DNA of 64,000 nucleotides from Candidatus Cloacimonadota bacterium (GTDB lineage Bacteria > Cloacimonadota > Cloacimonadia > Cloacimonadales > TCS61): NCBI GenBank assembly GCA_021735645.1, contig JAIPGP010000005.1:1908-65907 (forward strand). Reading direction: 5' to 3'. Below, piece after piece: positions 47,600-57,686 of this stretch. The notes below the pieces were generated by a model that was not told the DNA's origin, ran no database searches, and worked only from the letters and a program-made list of their open reading frames with translations. The first letter of the stretch is position 1. The number at the start of each line of letters is the position of its first letter. The position numbers were made by a program, and so were the translations under genes.

Positions 47600-48309
47600 T
47601 GCGAAAAGAATTAGAAATTTTAATTGAAATGCAAAAACGTGATGATGAAATCACTAAGTTACAGGTACTTGTAGAAAAACTGCCCGAGCAGTTGAGCAAT
47701 TTAAAGAAAAATGTAGCAGATGCCCAGCAGGAAAAAATAGACAATAATGAAGCAATTATTCATAATAAGAAAGAACAGGATAGCAGAGAATTATTAATTC
47801 GCTCTAATAAAGAAATGATGGCAAAATATCAAAATCAGTTATTGACAATCCAAACCAATAAAGAATACAAAGCACTCAATAAAGAAGTGAGTCACCTGGA
47901 AAAGCGGAATGAAGAACTGGAAGACGAGATTGTGGAACTGATGGAAAATTACGATGAACTGCAGGAAAAGAAACGAAAAGTCGAGCAGGATTTAAAATCT
48001 GCCGAACAGGAATTACAGGCAAATGAGAAACGCCTGGAAAATGAGATCAAAGAAGTGGAAATCGATATGGAAAAGTTCAGAAGCGAACGCAAAGAACTTG
48101 CTAAAGGACTTCCACTACCTTTAGTGAAGAAATATGTTACTTTGATCAAGAATAGAAATAGAAAAGCGTTAGTTTATAATGTAGGTAATTGTTGTGGGGG
48201 ATGTGGCTTTATGATTCGTCCCCAGGTGATGGTGGAGCTGCATGCAGGAGAAAAGATTATCTTTTGTGAAAGTTGCAGCCGCCTCATCGTTTTGAATATA
48301 AAAGAATAA
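47599..48309 (+). CDS. COG1579-type coiled-coil protein with C-terminal C4 zinc ribbon
   Basis: Long heptad-rich body, then CCGGCGF...CESCSRL. Confidence 0.75.
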   Translation: MRKELEILIEMQKRDDEITKLQVLVEKLPEQLSNLKKNVADAQQEKIDNNEAIIHNKKEQDSRELLIRSNKEMMAKYQNQLLTIQTNKEYKALNKEVSHLEKRNEELEDEIVELMENYDELQEKKRKVEQDLKSAEQELQANEKRLENEIKEVEIDMEKFRSERKELAKGLPLPLVKKYVTLIKNRNRKALVYNVGNCCGGCGFMIRPQVMVELHAGEKIIFCESCSRLIVLNIKE

Positions 48310-48316
48310 TCGAAAA

Positions 48317-48708
48317 CTGTCGGAGAGGATCATATATCTGCTGTCCCGCTTGCGGGAGAGAGGAAAGTCCGAACACCAAAGGGCAGGATACTTCTTAACT
48401 GGAAGTCCTTGTGAAGGGGAGCTAGCTCCACAGAAACAAACCGCCGAAAGGTAAGGGTGAAATGGCAGAGTAAGAGCCTGCCAGATTCTGACGTGAGTCA
48501 GAATGCTCGGAAAGCCTTATCCGGTGCAATGCCAAATAGGGAAGCAGTCTTCGGACCCGGATTTGCCCGATCCGGTTTGCTTTCGGGTAGGCAGCTTAAG
48601 CCGGCTTAAATGTCCCGGTTGGGAATAGCAATATTCGGCTTAGAGAAATAGATGTATGATCACTTGTTAGGTGATTAACAGAATTCGGCTTATGACCGTC
48701 TCCGACAG
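48317..48708 (+). ncRNA. rnpB: RNase P RNA, bacterial type A
   Basis: P1 pairing of CTGTCGGAGA (48317-48326) with TCTCCGACAG (48699-48708). Conserved blocks: AGGAAAGTCCGAAC (48361-48374), ACAGAAACAAACCGCC, GGTAAGGGTGAAA, and ACAGAATTCGGCTTA (48678-48692). Confidence 0.92.
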
Positions 48709-48735
48709 AACCAGAGAAAAATAATAGGAAATATA

Positions 48736-50460
48736 ATGCAGAAAAGATGGAAAATCGCTGATGCACTGGCAGAATCTGATATAGAAGCCCAAAAGCAGAT
48801 TGTTGAAAATTTTCATTGCCCGGACATGATTGCTGAAATGCTGATTAGAAGAGGCTTGAAAACCGAACGGGAAATTAATCTATTTTTTAAACCCGAACTG
48901 GATTGTATTCATGATCCTTTTTTGTTCAAAGATATGGAAAAGGCTGCTCTACGCATTGTTCAAGCAATAGAAAATAACGAACTGATTACGATATATGGCG
49001 ATTATGATGTGGATGGAACCACCTCGACCGCACTTTTGTATCTGGGTCTCAAAAAAATGAATGCTCAGATTGACTACTATATTCCCCATAGAATGATCGA
49101 TGGCTATGGACTCTCAATTTCCGGCGTTGACCTGCTGAAAGAAAACGGCACCTCACTGATCATCAGTGTGGATTGCGGTATTAATTCTATCAGTGAAGTG
49201 GACTCGATCAATGAATTGGGGATGGAAATAATTATCACAGATCATCATAATCCCAAGGAACAATTACCGAATGCCCTGGCTATTATCAATCCCAAACTGC
49301 CAGATAGTATATATCCGTGTCAGGAACTGGCTGGTGTGGGCGTTGCCTATAAATTATTAATGGCTGTTTATATCAAGCTGGGGGTGGATACTCACGAATT
49401 GTGCAATAAATATCTTGATCTGGTGGCATTAGGGACTATTGCCGATATAGTGCCGCTGGTGGGAGAAAACAGAATATTTGCCGCTATTGGAATGGACAGG
49501 CTGTGCAAGAGGCAGAATATTGGCTTAAATGCCTTGATCAGCCTGGCAGGGTTGACAGAGAAGACACTGAATGCCGGTGATATCGTGTTTGGCATTGCTC
49601 CCCGCATTAATGCTGCCGGCAGAATGGGCACAGCTCTCACTGCCGTGGAACTAATGGTTTCCAATGATGAAACTGAAAGCCGTGAACTGGCTCAGCAGAT
49701 AGAGCAGCAGAATTCCCTGAGGCAACAGATAGACCAGCGCACCTTTAATGAAGCCTGCCAGATAATTGAGGAAAAATATAAAAATATTGAAGAAACACTT
49801 TTCATCGTGGTTTCGTCTGATGAGTGGCATCCCGGAGTTATTGGTATTGTCGCTTCCAAACTGGTAGAAAAGTACTACCGCCCTGCTGTGATGATTTCTT
49901 TTAAAGATGGCATTGGCAGCGGTTCGGGACGCAGTATAGCAGATTTTGACCTGTTTGATGCTCTGAGCCATGTTCAGGACAGCCTCGATACTTTTGGCGG
50001 ACATAAATATGCCGCCGGTTTATCTATTTATGCCGAATATATCGATACTTTTGAAAACCAGATCACTAAATATATGAAATCTGTTATCTCACCTGAATTA
50101 TTGGTGCCGCCCTTGAAGATAGATTCAAAGCTGGAGCTTTATGAAATTAATGAAAACCTGCTCGAATGGCTAAACCGGTTTGCCCCTTTTGGACCGGGAA
50201 ACATGAAACCGGTATTTTTTACCAGTCTGGTTACTATCGTGGGCTATCCCTACTGCGTAGGTAAAAATCATCTGAAACTCAAAGTCATGAAAGATGGCTG
50301 TGAATTAGATTTAATCGGCTTTAATCTGGGAGATTACCTGCCATTCCTTAAGAAAGGTAAAATGATTGAAATTGCCTATTCTCTGGAATTCAATACCTGG
50401 CAGGGAAGAACCAGTATTCAAGGAAAATTAAAAGACCTGCATTTTGAAAAAGATATTTAG
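48736..50460 (+). CDS. recJ: Single-stranded-DNA-specific exonuclease
   Basis: DHH-family motifs (YGDYDVDGTTS, SVDCG, ITDHHNP) and DHHA1 (GGHKYAAG). Confidence 0.92.
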   Translation: MQKRWKIADALAESDIEAQKQIVENFHCPDMIAEMLIRRGLKTEREINLFFKPELDCIHDPFLFKDMEKAALRIVQAIENNELITIYGDYDVDGTTSTALLYLGLKKMNAQIDYYIPHRMIDGYGLSISGVDLLKENGTSLIISVDCGINSISEVDSINELGMEIIITDHHNPKEQLPNALAIINPKLPDSIYPCQELAGVGVAYKLLMAVYIKLGVDTHELCNKYLDLVALGTIADIVPLVGENRIFAAIGMDRLCKRQNIGLNALISLAGLTEKTLNAGDIVFGIAPRINAAGRMGTALTAVELMVSNDETESRELAQQIEQQNSLRQQIDQRTFNEACQIIEEKYKNIEETLFIVVSSDEWHPGVIGIVASKLVEKYYRPAVMISFKDGIGSGSGRSIADFDLFDALSHVQDSLDTFGGHKYAAGLSIYAEYIDTFENQITKYMKSVISPELLVPPLKIDSKLELYEINENLLEWLNRFAPFGPGNMKPVFFTSLVTIVGYPYCVGKNHLKLKVMKDGCELDLIGFNLGDYLPFLKKGKMIEIAYSLEFNTWQGRTSIQGKLKDLHFEKDI

Positions 50461-51256
50461 TGTTTTATTTATCTGCGGGTTATCAGCCTGCACACTTTAT
50501 AATTCCGGCAGCTCTGCCAGACCGGCAGGATTTTCTGAAATACTGCTTTTGAATACTAATATTGCCGTAGAAAAAGCTTGCTATAATTCCCTGAAGCAGG
50601 TTACATATATCTGGGAATCAAATACAGAAAAAATCCACATCTTCAAACAAAATAAACAGATTAATACTATTGGCGGCGAGGGATTTGACCGGGCAAATTT
50701 CCAGAAGCTGACAGATATCTGCCTGTCTCCCGATGGAGATATCTTTGCTCTGGACAGCCCTGATCGAAGTCTCAAGAAATTCGATGAGAAAGGTGAATTG
50801 AGAGCTGTTATTAAAATTGATGCTGACTTGAGCCCTCTACTGGTGGCAGTTGCACTTGACCAGAAAATTTATGTCTATGGCGATAAACGTAAAGAAATTG
50901 TTGTCTTAAATTATAAGGGTAAAGAACTCGAAGCTTTTGGCAGTATGCAATTTTATGAGCCTGCCAGCCTGGAACTGTATAATGACCTGATAGCTGTTTA
51001 TGAGCCTCTAAATGATATTACTGTTTTTTTTAGCAGATTAGGACAGGTTGTAGATGAGCAGAAAGGTCACTGTTATATTGAAAACCGGCAGGTATATTGT
51101 GCAGGCAGCTTCTTTCTGCAGCAGGTGAACGGGCAGAATAAATTTGCTGTTAATACCTCTCCCTGGCAGAAAGTTTTTTTCCAATCTCCAGAAATTATTC
51201 TTTCTGACGGCAATAAATTATTAGTGGGAATGATTAAATATGATGTTCAAAGATAA
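50444..51256 (+). CDS. Lipoprotein, possibly NHL-repeat-like beta-propeller
   Basis: Lipobox ICGLSAC. Repeated segments of the type LSPDGDIFALDSPDRSLKKFDEKGEL. The function call is weak. Confidence 0.5.
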   Translation: MKKIFSVLFICGLSACTLYNSGSSARPAGFSEILLLNTNIAVEKACYNSLKQVTYIWESNTEKIHIFKQNKQINTIGGEGFDRANFQKLTDICLSPDGDIFALDSPDRSLKKFDEKGELRAVIKIDADLSPLLVAVALDQKIYVYGDKRKEIVVLNYKGKELEAFGSMQFYEPASLELYNDLIAVYEPLNDITVFFSRLGQVVDEQKGHCYIENRQVYCAGSFFLQQVNGQNKFAVNTSPWQKVFFQSPEIILSDGNKLLVGMIKYDVQR

Positions 51257-52715
51257 AAAATTATTGTTATTACCCCTTCTCTCAGCCTTTCTTTTAGGTA
51301 TAGCCAGACTGCCGATTCATCTGGGCTTTTTAGCCTATTGCGGTTTCATCCCGCTGCTTTATTTCTTTGACCGCAAGCCGGATTACAAAGAAGTTAACCT
51401 GGCGGCAGTAATATTCAGCTTAGTGTACACCGTAACGGCTCTGCATTGGATTACGCTGGTAACTATCCCGGGCTTTGTGGCAATGATCCTGCTTTTCAGT
51501 CTTTATTTCCTGATCGTTTTTCAATTGAATAAAATCATCTGGCTCAGAAAACATCAGTTCCGCTATTTAGGATTTATCCTGCTCTGGTTATCTTATGAGC
51601 ACCTTCAAAATTACGGGCAATTCAGCTTCCCATGGTTCTATACCGGCTATTCTCTGGCGGATTACACGGTTCTGCTGCAACCTGCTGAAATTGGCGGGAT
51701 CACGCTCATATCTTTATACATCATGCTCACTAATCTGCTGATCTATCTGATTATTACCCAGCACAAAAAAAAATGCCTGCTCTGGCTGCTGCTGCTGCAT
51801 CTTGCCTGGACTGGCTACTCGAACTGGCGCTACCAGACAATTTCTCTGGAAAACACTCATCGCAGAGCAGGAATTGTCCAGGTTAGTATTCCCCAGCACC
51901 TCAAATGGAAAACTGCTTATAGAGATACCACATTCAATCTTTATGATGAATATATCGGCAAAATTTCTGCTGAAACCGACTTGGTGATATTGCCTGAATC
52001 AGCAATTCCAGGCTATGTGATGCGCCGCTTTGTATTCAAAAATTTTATTGATAGAATGGTAAAAAAGCATAAAAAAGCAATTTTTGCGGGATTCCCTGAT
52101 TACATCTATGATGATAAGAATGACGAAGCATTATATTACAATTCCTGCAATCTCTTTGATTCCACGGGATACGCCTATAAACCTTATTACAAACATATAC
52201 TGGTACCCATTGGTGAACGAATTCCACTTCTTAGTGTGATACCGGTGCTCAATAGAGTGGAATTAGGTCAGGCGAATTGGGAATATGGCAAGGAATTTAG
52301 ATATTATGACTATGAAGGCTTGAAATTTACACCCCAAATATGCTTTGAGGTCGCCTTCCCTGAGATTAATGTCCAAATGGCTTCCCAGAACCCGGTTTTT
52401 CTGGTCAATCTTACTAATGATGCCTGGTACTATCATTCTGCCGGCTTGTATCAACATGCAATGATGACCAAATTCAGAGCTATTGAAACCCGGACTCAGT
52501 ATTTCCGCTCCGCTAATACAGGTATTTCTTTGATCGTAAATCCCCGGGGCGATATTCTGGCAAAATCGGAGATTTATACTCGAGAAACTATTGAAGCAGA
52601 TATTTATGATTACCAGGGGAAATCGCTCTTTGTCAGGTATTTTCATATTTTCCCAAACATCCTTGTGGCAATGCTGGTAATCTTATTACTCTGGGCATTA
52701 ATAAAAAAAGATTGA
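51240..52715 (+). CDS. lnt: Apolipoprotein N-acyltransferase
   Basis: Multi-TM N-terminus plus a CN-hydrolase domain (ILPESA, CFEVAFPE, NDAWY). Confidence 0.9.
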   Translation: MMFKDKKLLLLPLLSAFLLGIARLPIHLGFLAYCGFIPLLYFFDRKPDYKEVNLAAVIFSLVYTVTALHWITLVTIPGFVAMILLFSLYFLIVFQLNKIIWLRKHQFRYLGFILLWLSYEHLQNYGQFSFPWFYTGYSLADYTVLLQPAEIGGITLISLYIMLTNLLIYLIITQHKKKCLLWLLLLHLAWTGYSNWRYQTISLENTHRRAGIVQVSIPQHLKWKTAYRDTTFNLYDEYIGKISAETDLVILPESAIPGYVMRRFVFKNFIDRMVKKHKKAIFAGFPDYIYDDKNDEALYYNSCNLFDSTGYAYKPYYKHILVPIGERIPLLSVIPVLNRVELGQANWEYGKEFRYYDYEGLKFTPQICFEVAFPEINVQMASQNPVFLVNLTNDAWYYHSAGLYQHAMMTKFRAIETRTQYFRSANTGISLIVNPRGDILAKSEIYTRETIEADIYDYQGKSLFVRYFHIFPNILVAMLVILLLWALIKKD

Positions 52716-52768
52716 CTCTTATTTATTAATATCTAATTTAATCTTAAAATATTTATGGAAGGGGTAAT

Positions 52769-53242
52769 ATGCCTAAGCATTACTACCAGATCGGCGAGGT
52801 TGCCAAAATGCTTGGTATTAGAAGGCACACTTTACGCTACTGGGAAACTGAATTTCCCAAGCTGAAACCACGTAAAAATAACAGTGGTAAACGCAATTAC
52901 ACCCTGGCAGACATTGAAACTCTCAAAACCATCAAATATCTGCTCCATGAACAAAACTACAGCATCGAAGGTGCCCGGAAAAAAATGGCTTCCCATTCCA
53001 CCGCTCATCTGGAAGAAGAAATAACTGAATCAAATCTGTCTTCTCAGGAATTAAAAAGTAAGCTTGTCAGCAAAATTGAAAATATCCAGGATGCTATCAG
53101 TTTAACCCCTGAAAATCGCGATAGAATAGAAAAAAAGAGAATGTTAAAAAATAAGCTTAGTCTGCTTAGAGAATTACTTTTCATTAAAGAAAAGAAGCAG
53201 GAAATTGATCCTGCTTCTTCTGATTCTATTGATTTAGATTAG
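52769..53242 (+). CDS. MerR-family transcriptional regulator
   Basis: YQIGEVAKMLGIRRHTLRYWE...GKRNYTLADIETLKTIKYL. Confidence 0.8.
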   Translation: MPKHYYQIGEVAKMLGIRRHTLRYWETEFPKLKPRKNNSGKRNYTLADIETLKTIKYLLHEQNYSIEGARKKMASHSTAHLEEEITESNLSSQELKSKLVSKIENIQDAISLTPENRDRIEKKRMLKNKLSLLRELLFIKEKKQEIDPASSDSIDLD

Positions 53243-53249
53243 GCCCTAA

Positions 53250-53801
53250 TTAGTCGTCATCATCCTGATGTTCCCGCAGCCGCTCGTGACGCTGTATACC
53301 CGTTTTCTCATCATCATCACAATCTTTCATTCTTCGCTGCATCCCTTTTGGCTGCTTGCGAAGTTCCATTGCCTGTGCTTTCTGTTCCGCAGTGAGTATA
53401 TTCCAGCATTTCTCCTGATTATCGATGCGTAAATTCTTTAATTCCTTCTTTAGATCAAAGATAGAATTAGATACCTTTTTCATCTGACTAAAATTCATTT
53501 CATCCATTGCTACACGTGCATCTATTTCCAGGCTCTTGATCTGGGCATTGATATCGATAGCTGATTTCTCGATTTTCACACGCTGACTCTTCATTTGCGC
53601 TTCCTGAGCATCGGTTAATTCCAGCTGATGCATTATTCCCATCATCATATCGCCGTGATTACCCTGCTGACCTCTGTTCATCATACCCATTCTCTCATTT
53701 CCCATGCCCTGACGGCAATCCCTTCCCGGGTTATCGTGATTCATAGCAAATATCGTGGCTGCTACCAGTAATACTGCTGCAATTACAAGAATCTTTCTCA
53801 T
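53250..53801 (-). CDS. Periplasmic Spy/CpxP-family (LTXXQ) protein
   Basis: Signal peptide; two LTxxQ motifs (LTDAQEAQ, LTAEQKAQ); His/Met-rich N-terminal region; ATGA overlap with the upstream gene. Confidence 0.7.
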   Translation of the reverse strand: MRKILVIAAVLLVAATIFAMNHDNPGRDCRQGMGNERMGMMNRGQQGNHGDMMMGIMHQLELTDAQEAQMKSQRVKIEKSAIDINAQIKSLEIDARVAMDEMNFSQMKKVSNSIFDLKKELKNLRIDNQEKCWNILTAEQKAQAMELRKQPKGMQRRMKDCDDDEKTGIQRHERLREHQDDDD

Positions 53802-54202
53802 TTTCTTCTCCTTTGAGGTTTGTTTCTTCTTTCATGTGGCGGTTCTGGAAATCTATCATCCGTGAACTCGCCGTTTTTCTTCATTTCTATTAGTTTTTTC
53901 CCTAAAGCCTGCTCCATCTTAAACTGCTTTTTTAACATCGATTGCAGTAAGCTGTCAGCTTTTGCTTCTTCGAATTCATCGCCTTTAAGAAAATCCATAA
54001 AAACCCGTCTTTCATCCATAAATCCTTTTCTAAATCCATCCATTTCCTCATGGTGACCCTGCAACTTTTCCCGAATATGAGGTAAATCTGGTCGGCTTTC
54101 TGGAAATGGTATATGAGTGCGATGCCAGATAAACATGCCAATAAAGGCAAGATTAAATGCCAGCGATATCACCAGCAAAAGGTAAAGTAGTTCTTTCTTC
54201 AT
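53798..54202 (-). CDS. Membrane-anchored periplasmic helical protein (Spy/heavy-metal-sensor-like)
   Basis: A single N-terminal TM, then a helical charged domain. 1-nt overlap with the anti-sigma stop. Confidence 0.5.
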   Translation of the reverse strand: MKKELLYLLLVISLAFNLAFIGMFIWHRTHIPFPESRPDLPHIREKLQGHHEEMDGFRKGFMDERRVFMDFLKGDEFEEAKADSLLQSMLKKQFKMEQALGKKLIEMKKNGEFTDDRFPEPPHERRNKPQRRRK

Positions 54203-54507
54203 TATTCCCCCTCCACCAGATAGCTGTATAAGCCCGTGTCTCCAAAACTCCAGCTGCTACTTTCCGTGCTGGAAGAAAATACCTGATTGCTCATGATCAC
54301 CCCTAAAGCAAATGCGGCAACCGAAGCTGCCAAAGATAAGCGTTTCCACATGGGAGCTATTCTTAATATCCCAGGTGATTGTGAAGAATTTATTGCATTA
54401 TTAAATACTCTGCTTTGAAATTCTGCCGTAAGCTCTTCCTCCTGATAGGTAGACAGGAAGTCGCTTAATCGCTGATCTGTCTGGCTTATTACTTTTTTAT
54501 CTTTCAT
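54202..54507 (-). CDS. Putative anti-sigma factor (single-pass membrane protein)
   Basis: Immediately downstream of the ECF sigma gene. The ATG at 54507 lies 7 nt after AGAGGT. It has a central TM (LSLAASVAAFALGVIM). Confidence 0.55.
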   Translation of the reverse strand: MKDKKVISQTDQRLSDFLSTYQEEELTAEFQSRVFNNAINSSQSPGILRIAPMWKRLSLAASVAAFALGVIMSNQVFSSSTESSSWSFGDTGLYSYLVEGE

Positions 54508-54523
54508 TTCACTTACCTCTATA

Positions 54524-55045
54524 CTACAGGACAGCTGCAAACTGTTTTTCCTGCAAATTATTTATTCCCCTTCTCTCAAGTAGCTCGCGTAATTTACGCT
54601 TTGCCCGCACTAATCTGGAATCTACTGCACTTTCACTGTATCCGGTTATCTCTGATATTTCCTGATAACTCTTGCCCTGATAAAATTGTAATTCTATTAA
54701 TAAGGCTTCCTCAGGTTTCAAGAGTGCCAGACTTTCTCGAATCATTATGTTACGCTGCTCAGGATCACTATCTTCTTCTATACCCGGCTGATTGAATTGT
54801 TTCAGCATAAATTTCAGGTCTCGCTGGCGGGACTTTATCTGGTTCAATGTCTTGTTATAAGCAATCCGGTACAGATATGATTTATAGGCTACAGGCTGCA
54901 CTTTTCCCAGATTGTGATAAAAGGCGGTGAACACCTCTTGATACAAATCCTCAGCTTCCTGACGCTGTCGTACCATTCTCAGTATCATATTAAATACCTT
55001 CTTACCTTCGTTTTTCATCATCTCTTCTAATATTTTTTCTTTCAT
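54524..55045 (-). CDS. ECF-type RNA polymerase sigma-70 family factor
   Basis: Region 2 (DLYQEVFTAFYHN...YLYRIAYNKTLN) and region 4 (SYQEISEITGYSESAVDSRLVRAKRKL). Confidence 0.88.
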   Translation of the reverse strand: MKEKILEEMMKNEGKKVFNMILRMVRQRQEAEDLYQEVFTAFYHNLGKVQPVAYKSYLYRIAYNKTLNQIKSRQRDLKFMLKQFNQPGIEEDSDPEQRNIMIRESLALLKPEEALLIELQFYQGKSYQEISEITGYSESAVDSRLVRAKRKLRELLERRGINNLQEKQFAAVL

Positions 55046-55235
55046 TTTCCTGCTCTCTGATACTTAAGACTAAAAACTGCCCTTTACCCTGCAATAAAAA
55101 TCTCTAAGATATACTAAGCAATATCTCCTGATTAGCATATTTTTTCACAAAATCTTTATTTTTATAGAATTTACTTGCCAGAAATCTGCCCTATCAATTT
55201 TGTGGCTGAACAGAATATTATGTGGAAGGTGAATT

Positions 55236-55427
55236 ATGTCTAGAGTATGTGATATTTGCGGAAAAAGAGCTTTGACTGGCAATAATAGAAGTCATTCTCT
55301 GAATGCAACAAAAAGAAGATTCTACCCAAACCTTACGAAAATGAAAGCTGACTTTAACGGTGTTGTCAAATCCGTTCGAGTGTGTGCGGCTTGCCTGAAA
55401 GCCAATAAGGTAAAAAAAGTAGTATAA
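55236..55427 (+). CDS. rpmB: 50S ribosomal protein L28
   Basis: [33 protein letters not shown]. Confidence 0.92.
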   Translation: MSRVCDICGKRALTGNNRSHSLNATKRRFYPNLTKMKADFNGVVKSVRVCAACLKANKVKKVV

Positions 55428-55431
55428 AGAT

Positions 55432-55458
55432 AAAGACCGCATAGCGGTCTTTTTCTTT
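55432..55458 (+). terminator. Rho-independent terminator after rpmB
   Basis: AAAGACCGC-ata-GCGGTCTTT followed by TTCTTT. Confidence 0.75.
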
Positions 55459-55582
55459 ATATATATCCCGTTTGTGAATAATTCTTATTGACCTATTTGA
55501 TTAATTAAAAAAAATTCTATTATGTTTTAAGTTCTCCCTGAAATGGGACTCGTATCCCAAAACTAAAGGATGGTAATGTAGT

Positions 55583-56071
55583 ATGAAGACGATTATTGAA
55601 CCTATCAATGTGCCGGAGGAGTATAATATTATCTACGGGATGGCTCACTTCATCAAAACGGTGGAAGACCTCTACGAAGCTATTATCAATTGTGTTCCGG
55701 GCATTCAATTCGGGCTCGCTTTCAATGAAGCATCTGGTCCATGTCTGATCCGCAAAGAAGGTACTGATCCGGAACTGATCGAAATGGCTATGCAAAACCA
55801 GAAAAGACTCAAAGCCGGGCATACTTTCCTGATCATTCTCAAAAATGCTTTCCCTATTAATGTCCTGCCCTCTGTGAAAGCCTGCCGGGAAGTTGTTGCC
55901 ATTTATTGTGCCACTGCTAATCCCGTGCAGGTGATTCTGGCTGAAACAGAGCAGGGTCGTGGAGTACTGGGCGTGATAGACGGCTCTTCACCTAAAGGTG
56001 TTGAACTTGATAGCGATGTTACCAGACGTAAACAATTCCTGCGTAATATTGGCTACAAAAGGTCTCAATAA
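55583..56071 (+). CDS. PF04008-like (adenosine-specific kinase family) protein
   Basis: AHFIKTVEDLYEAI...PGIQFGLAFNEASG...AGHTFLI...FPINVL...CATANPVQVI...RGVLGVIDG...LRNIGYK. This matches my recollection of that family. Confidence 0.55.
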   Translation: MKTIIEPINVPEEYNIIYGMAHFIKTVEDLYEAIINCVPGIQFGLAFNEASGPCLIRKEGTDPELIEMAMQNQKRLKAGHTFLIILKNAFPINVLPSVKACREVVAIYCATANPVQVILAETEQGRGVLGVIDGSSPKGVELDSDVTRRKQFLRNIGYKRSQ

Positions 56072-56074
56072 TTT

Positions 56075-56623
56075 ATGCGTGCCTTTATTGCTCTGGAACT
56101 CCCAAGCCCGATCCGTAAACAGCTTGCCACTGTCTCTCAGCAGTTGCAGCAATATGATCAAAGGTTTGTTAATTGGGTTGAACCGCAAAACCTGCATATC
56201 ACTTTCCAGTTTCTGGGTGATATCAGCGCTTCTCACCTGCCGGATATTGAGCAGATCATCACGGAAAATTGTGCGGATTTAAATACTCTCCAATTATCTC
56301 TGCCTGTCCTGCAGCTTGTTCCTGCTGCCAAACCTCGCGTTTTATGGGTAAATTACCAGTCAAAATCAAATGATTTGATCAAAGCTCAGCACCGCATGAA
56401 TGACGCTATTGCCAGCCTGGGTTATAAATTAGACCGTAAACCTCTGGTTTTCCACGTTACTCTGGCAAGAATCAAAGCTGCTCTGCAACCTGCCCTGATT
56501 GACACTGTTATGAAATATAAAATCAACCATACAAGTTTTTCACCGGATAAACTGACCCTGTTCAAGAGCATTCTCAAACCTCAGGGTCCCATCTATCAAC
56601 CTCTGTTCTCTCTTACCTTGTAA
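56075..56623 (+). CDS. thpR: RNA 2',3'-cyclic phosphodiesterase (2H family, LigT/ThpR)
   Basis: Two HxT motifs: LHITFQFLG and FHVTLARI. Confidence 0.85.
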   Translation: MRAFIALELPSPIRKQLATVSQQLQQYDQRFVNWVEPQNLHITFQFLGDISASHLPDIEQIITENCADLNTLQLSLPVLQLVPAAKPRVLWVNYQSKSNDLIKAQHRMNDAIASLGYKLDRKPLVFHVTLARIKAALQPALIDTVMKYKINHTSFSPDKLTLFKSILKPQGPIYQPLFSLTL

Positions 56624-56645
56624 CTATTTCTAAGGAGATTATATT

Positions 56646-57686
56646 ATGAATGAAAAAGACAAAAATTCTGCACTCAAAACCGCTATGAGCCAACTGGAAA
56701 AACAATTCGGCTCCGGCACGATTATGAAAATGGGCGAAAAACCCCATATTGATGTTAATGTGATCCCTACTGGAGCACTTAGTCTGGACGCTGCCATGGG
56801 TGTGGGTGGCATACCTCGAGGACGGGTTTCTGAAATCTATGGTCCCGAAGCTTCCGGTAAAACCACTATTGCCTTGCACGTGGTTGCCGAAGCCCAGAAA
56901 TTGCATGGTATCGTTGCTTTCATCGATGCCGAACACGCCTTAGACCCGATATATGCCAAAAATATCGGAGTTGATACTGATAACCTTCTCATATCTCAAC
57001 CTGATGGCGGTGAACAGGCTCTGGAAATCGTGGAAACTCTCGTACGCAGTAATGCCATTGACCTCATTGTAGTGGATTCTGTCGCTGCACTGGTGCCTAA
57101 AGCAGAAATCGAAGGCAGCATGGGAGATTCTCACGTGGGTCTGCAGGCAAGATTGATGTCTCAAGCTTTGCGTAAACTTACTGGCATCATCAATAAAACA
57201 AATACTGCCGTTATCTTTATTAACCAGACCCGCATGAAAATCGGCGTTCCTTCTTATATGAATCCCGAGACTACCACCGGTGGGGTTGCCCTCAAATTTT
57301 ATGCTTCCATGCGCCTCGAAGTTCGCAAAATAGGTTCTATTAAAAAAGTGGGCGTCGCTGATGAAATCGTAGGAAATACTGTCCGCGTGAAAGTAGTGAA
57401 AAATAAATTTGCACCTCCCTTCAAAAAAGTTGAATTCCCCATTATTTTTGGCGAAGGCATCTCTAAAATTGATATTATCCTCGATCTTGCCGTGACCTAT
57501 AAACTCGTTACTAAAAGCGGCTCCTGGTATTCTTGCGGAGATATTAAACTGGGACAGGGAGCTGAAAAAGTGAAAGAATTTTTCAACGAGAATCCGGAAA
57601 AATACCTTGAAATAGAAAACCAGATTAAACAGGAATTAGGAATTGTCTCCCAGGATGATGATGCTAAGGACAAAGCCAAAAAGTAA
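56646..57686 (+). CDS. recA: Recombinase A
   Basis: [35 protein letters not shown]. Confidence 0.97.
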   Translation: MNEKDKNSALKTAMSQLEKQFGSGTIMKMGEKPHIDVNVIPTGALSLDAAMGVGGIPRGRVSEIYGPEASGKTTIALHVVAEAQKLHGIVAFIDAEHALDPIYAKNIGVDTDNLLISQPDGGEQALEIVETLVRSNAIDLIVVDSVAALVPKAEIEGSMGDSHVGLQARLMSQALRKLTGIINKTNTAVIFINQTRMKIGVPSYMNPETTTGGVALKFYASMRLEVRKIGSIKKVGVADEIVGNTVRVKVVKNKFAPPFKKVEFPIIFGEGISKIDIILDLAVTYKLVTKSGSWYSCGDIKLGQGAEKVKEFFNENPEKYLEIENQIKQELGIVSQDDDAKDKAKK

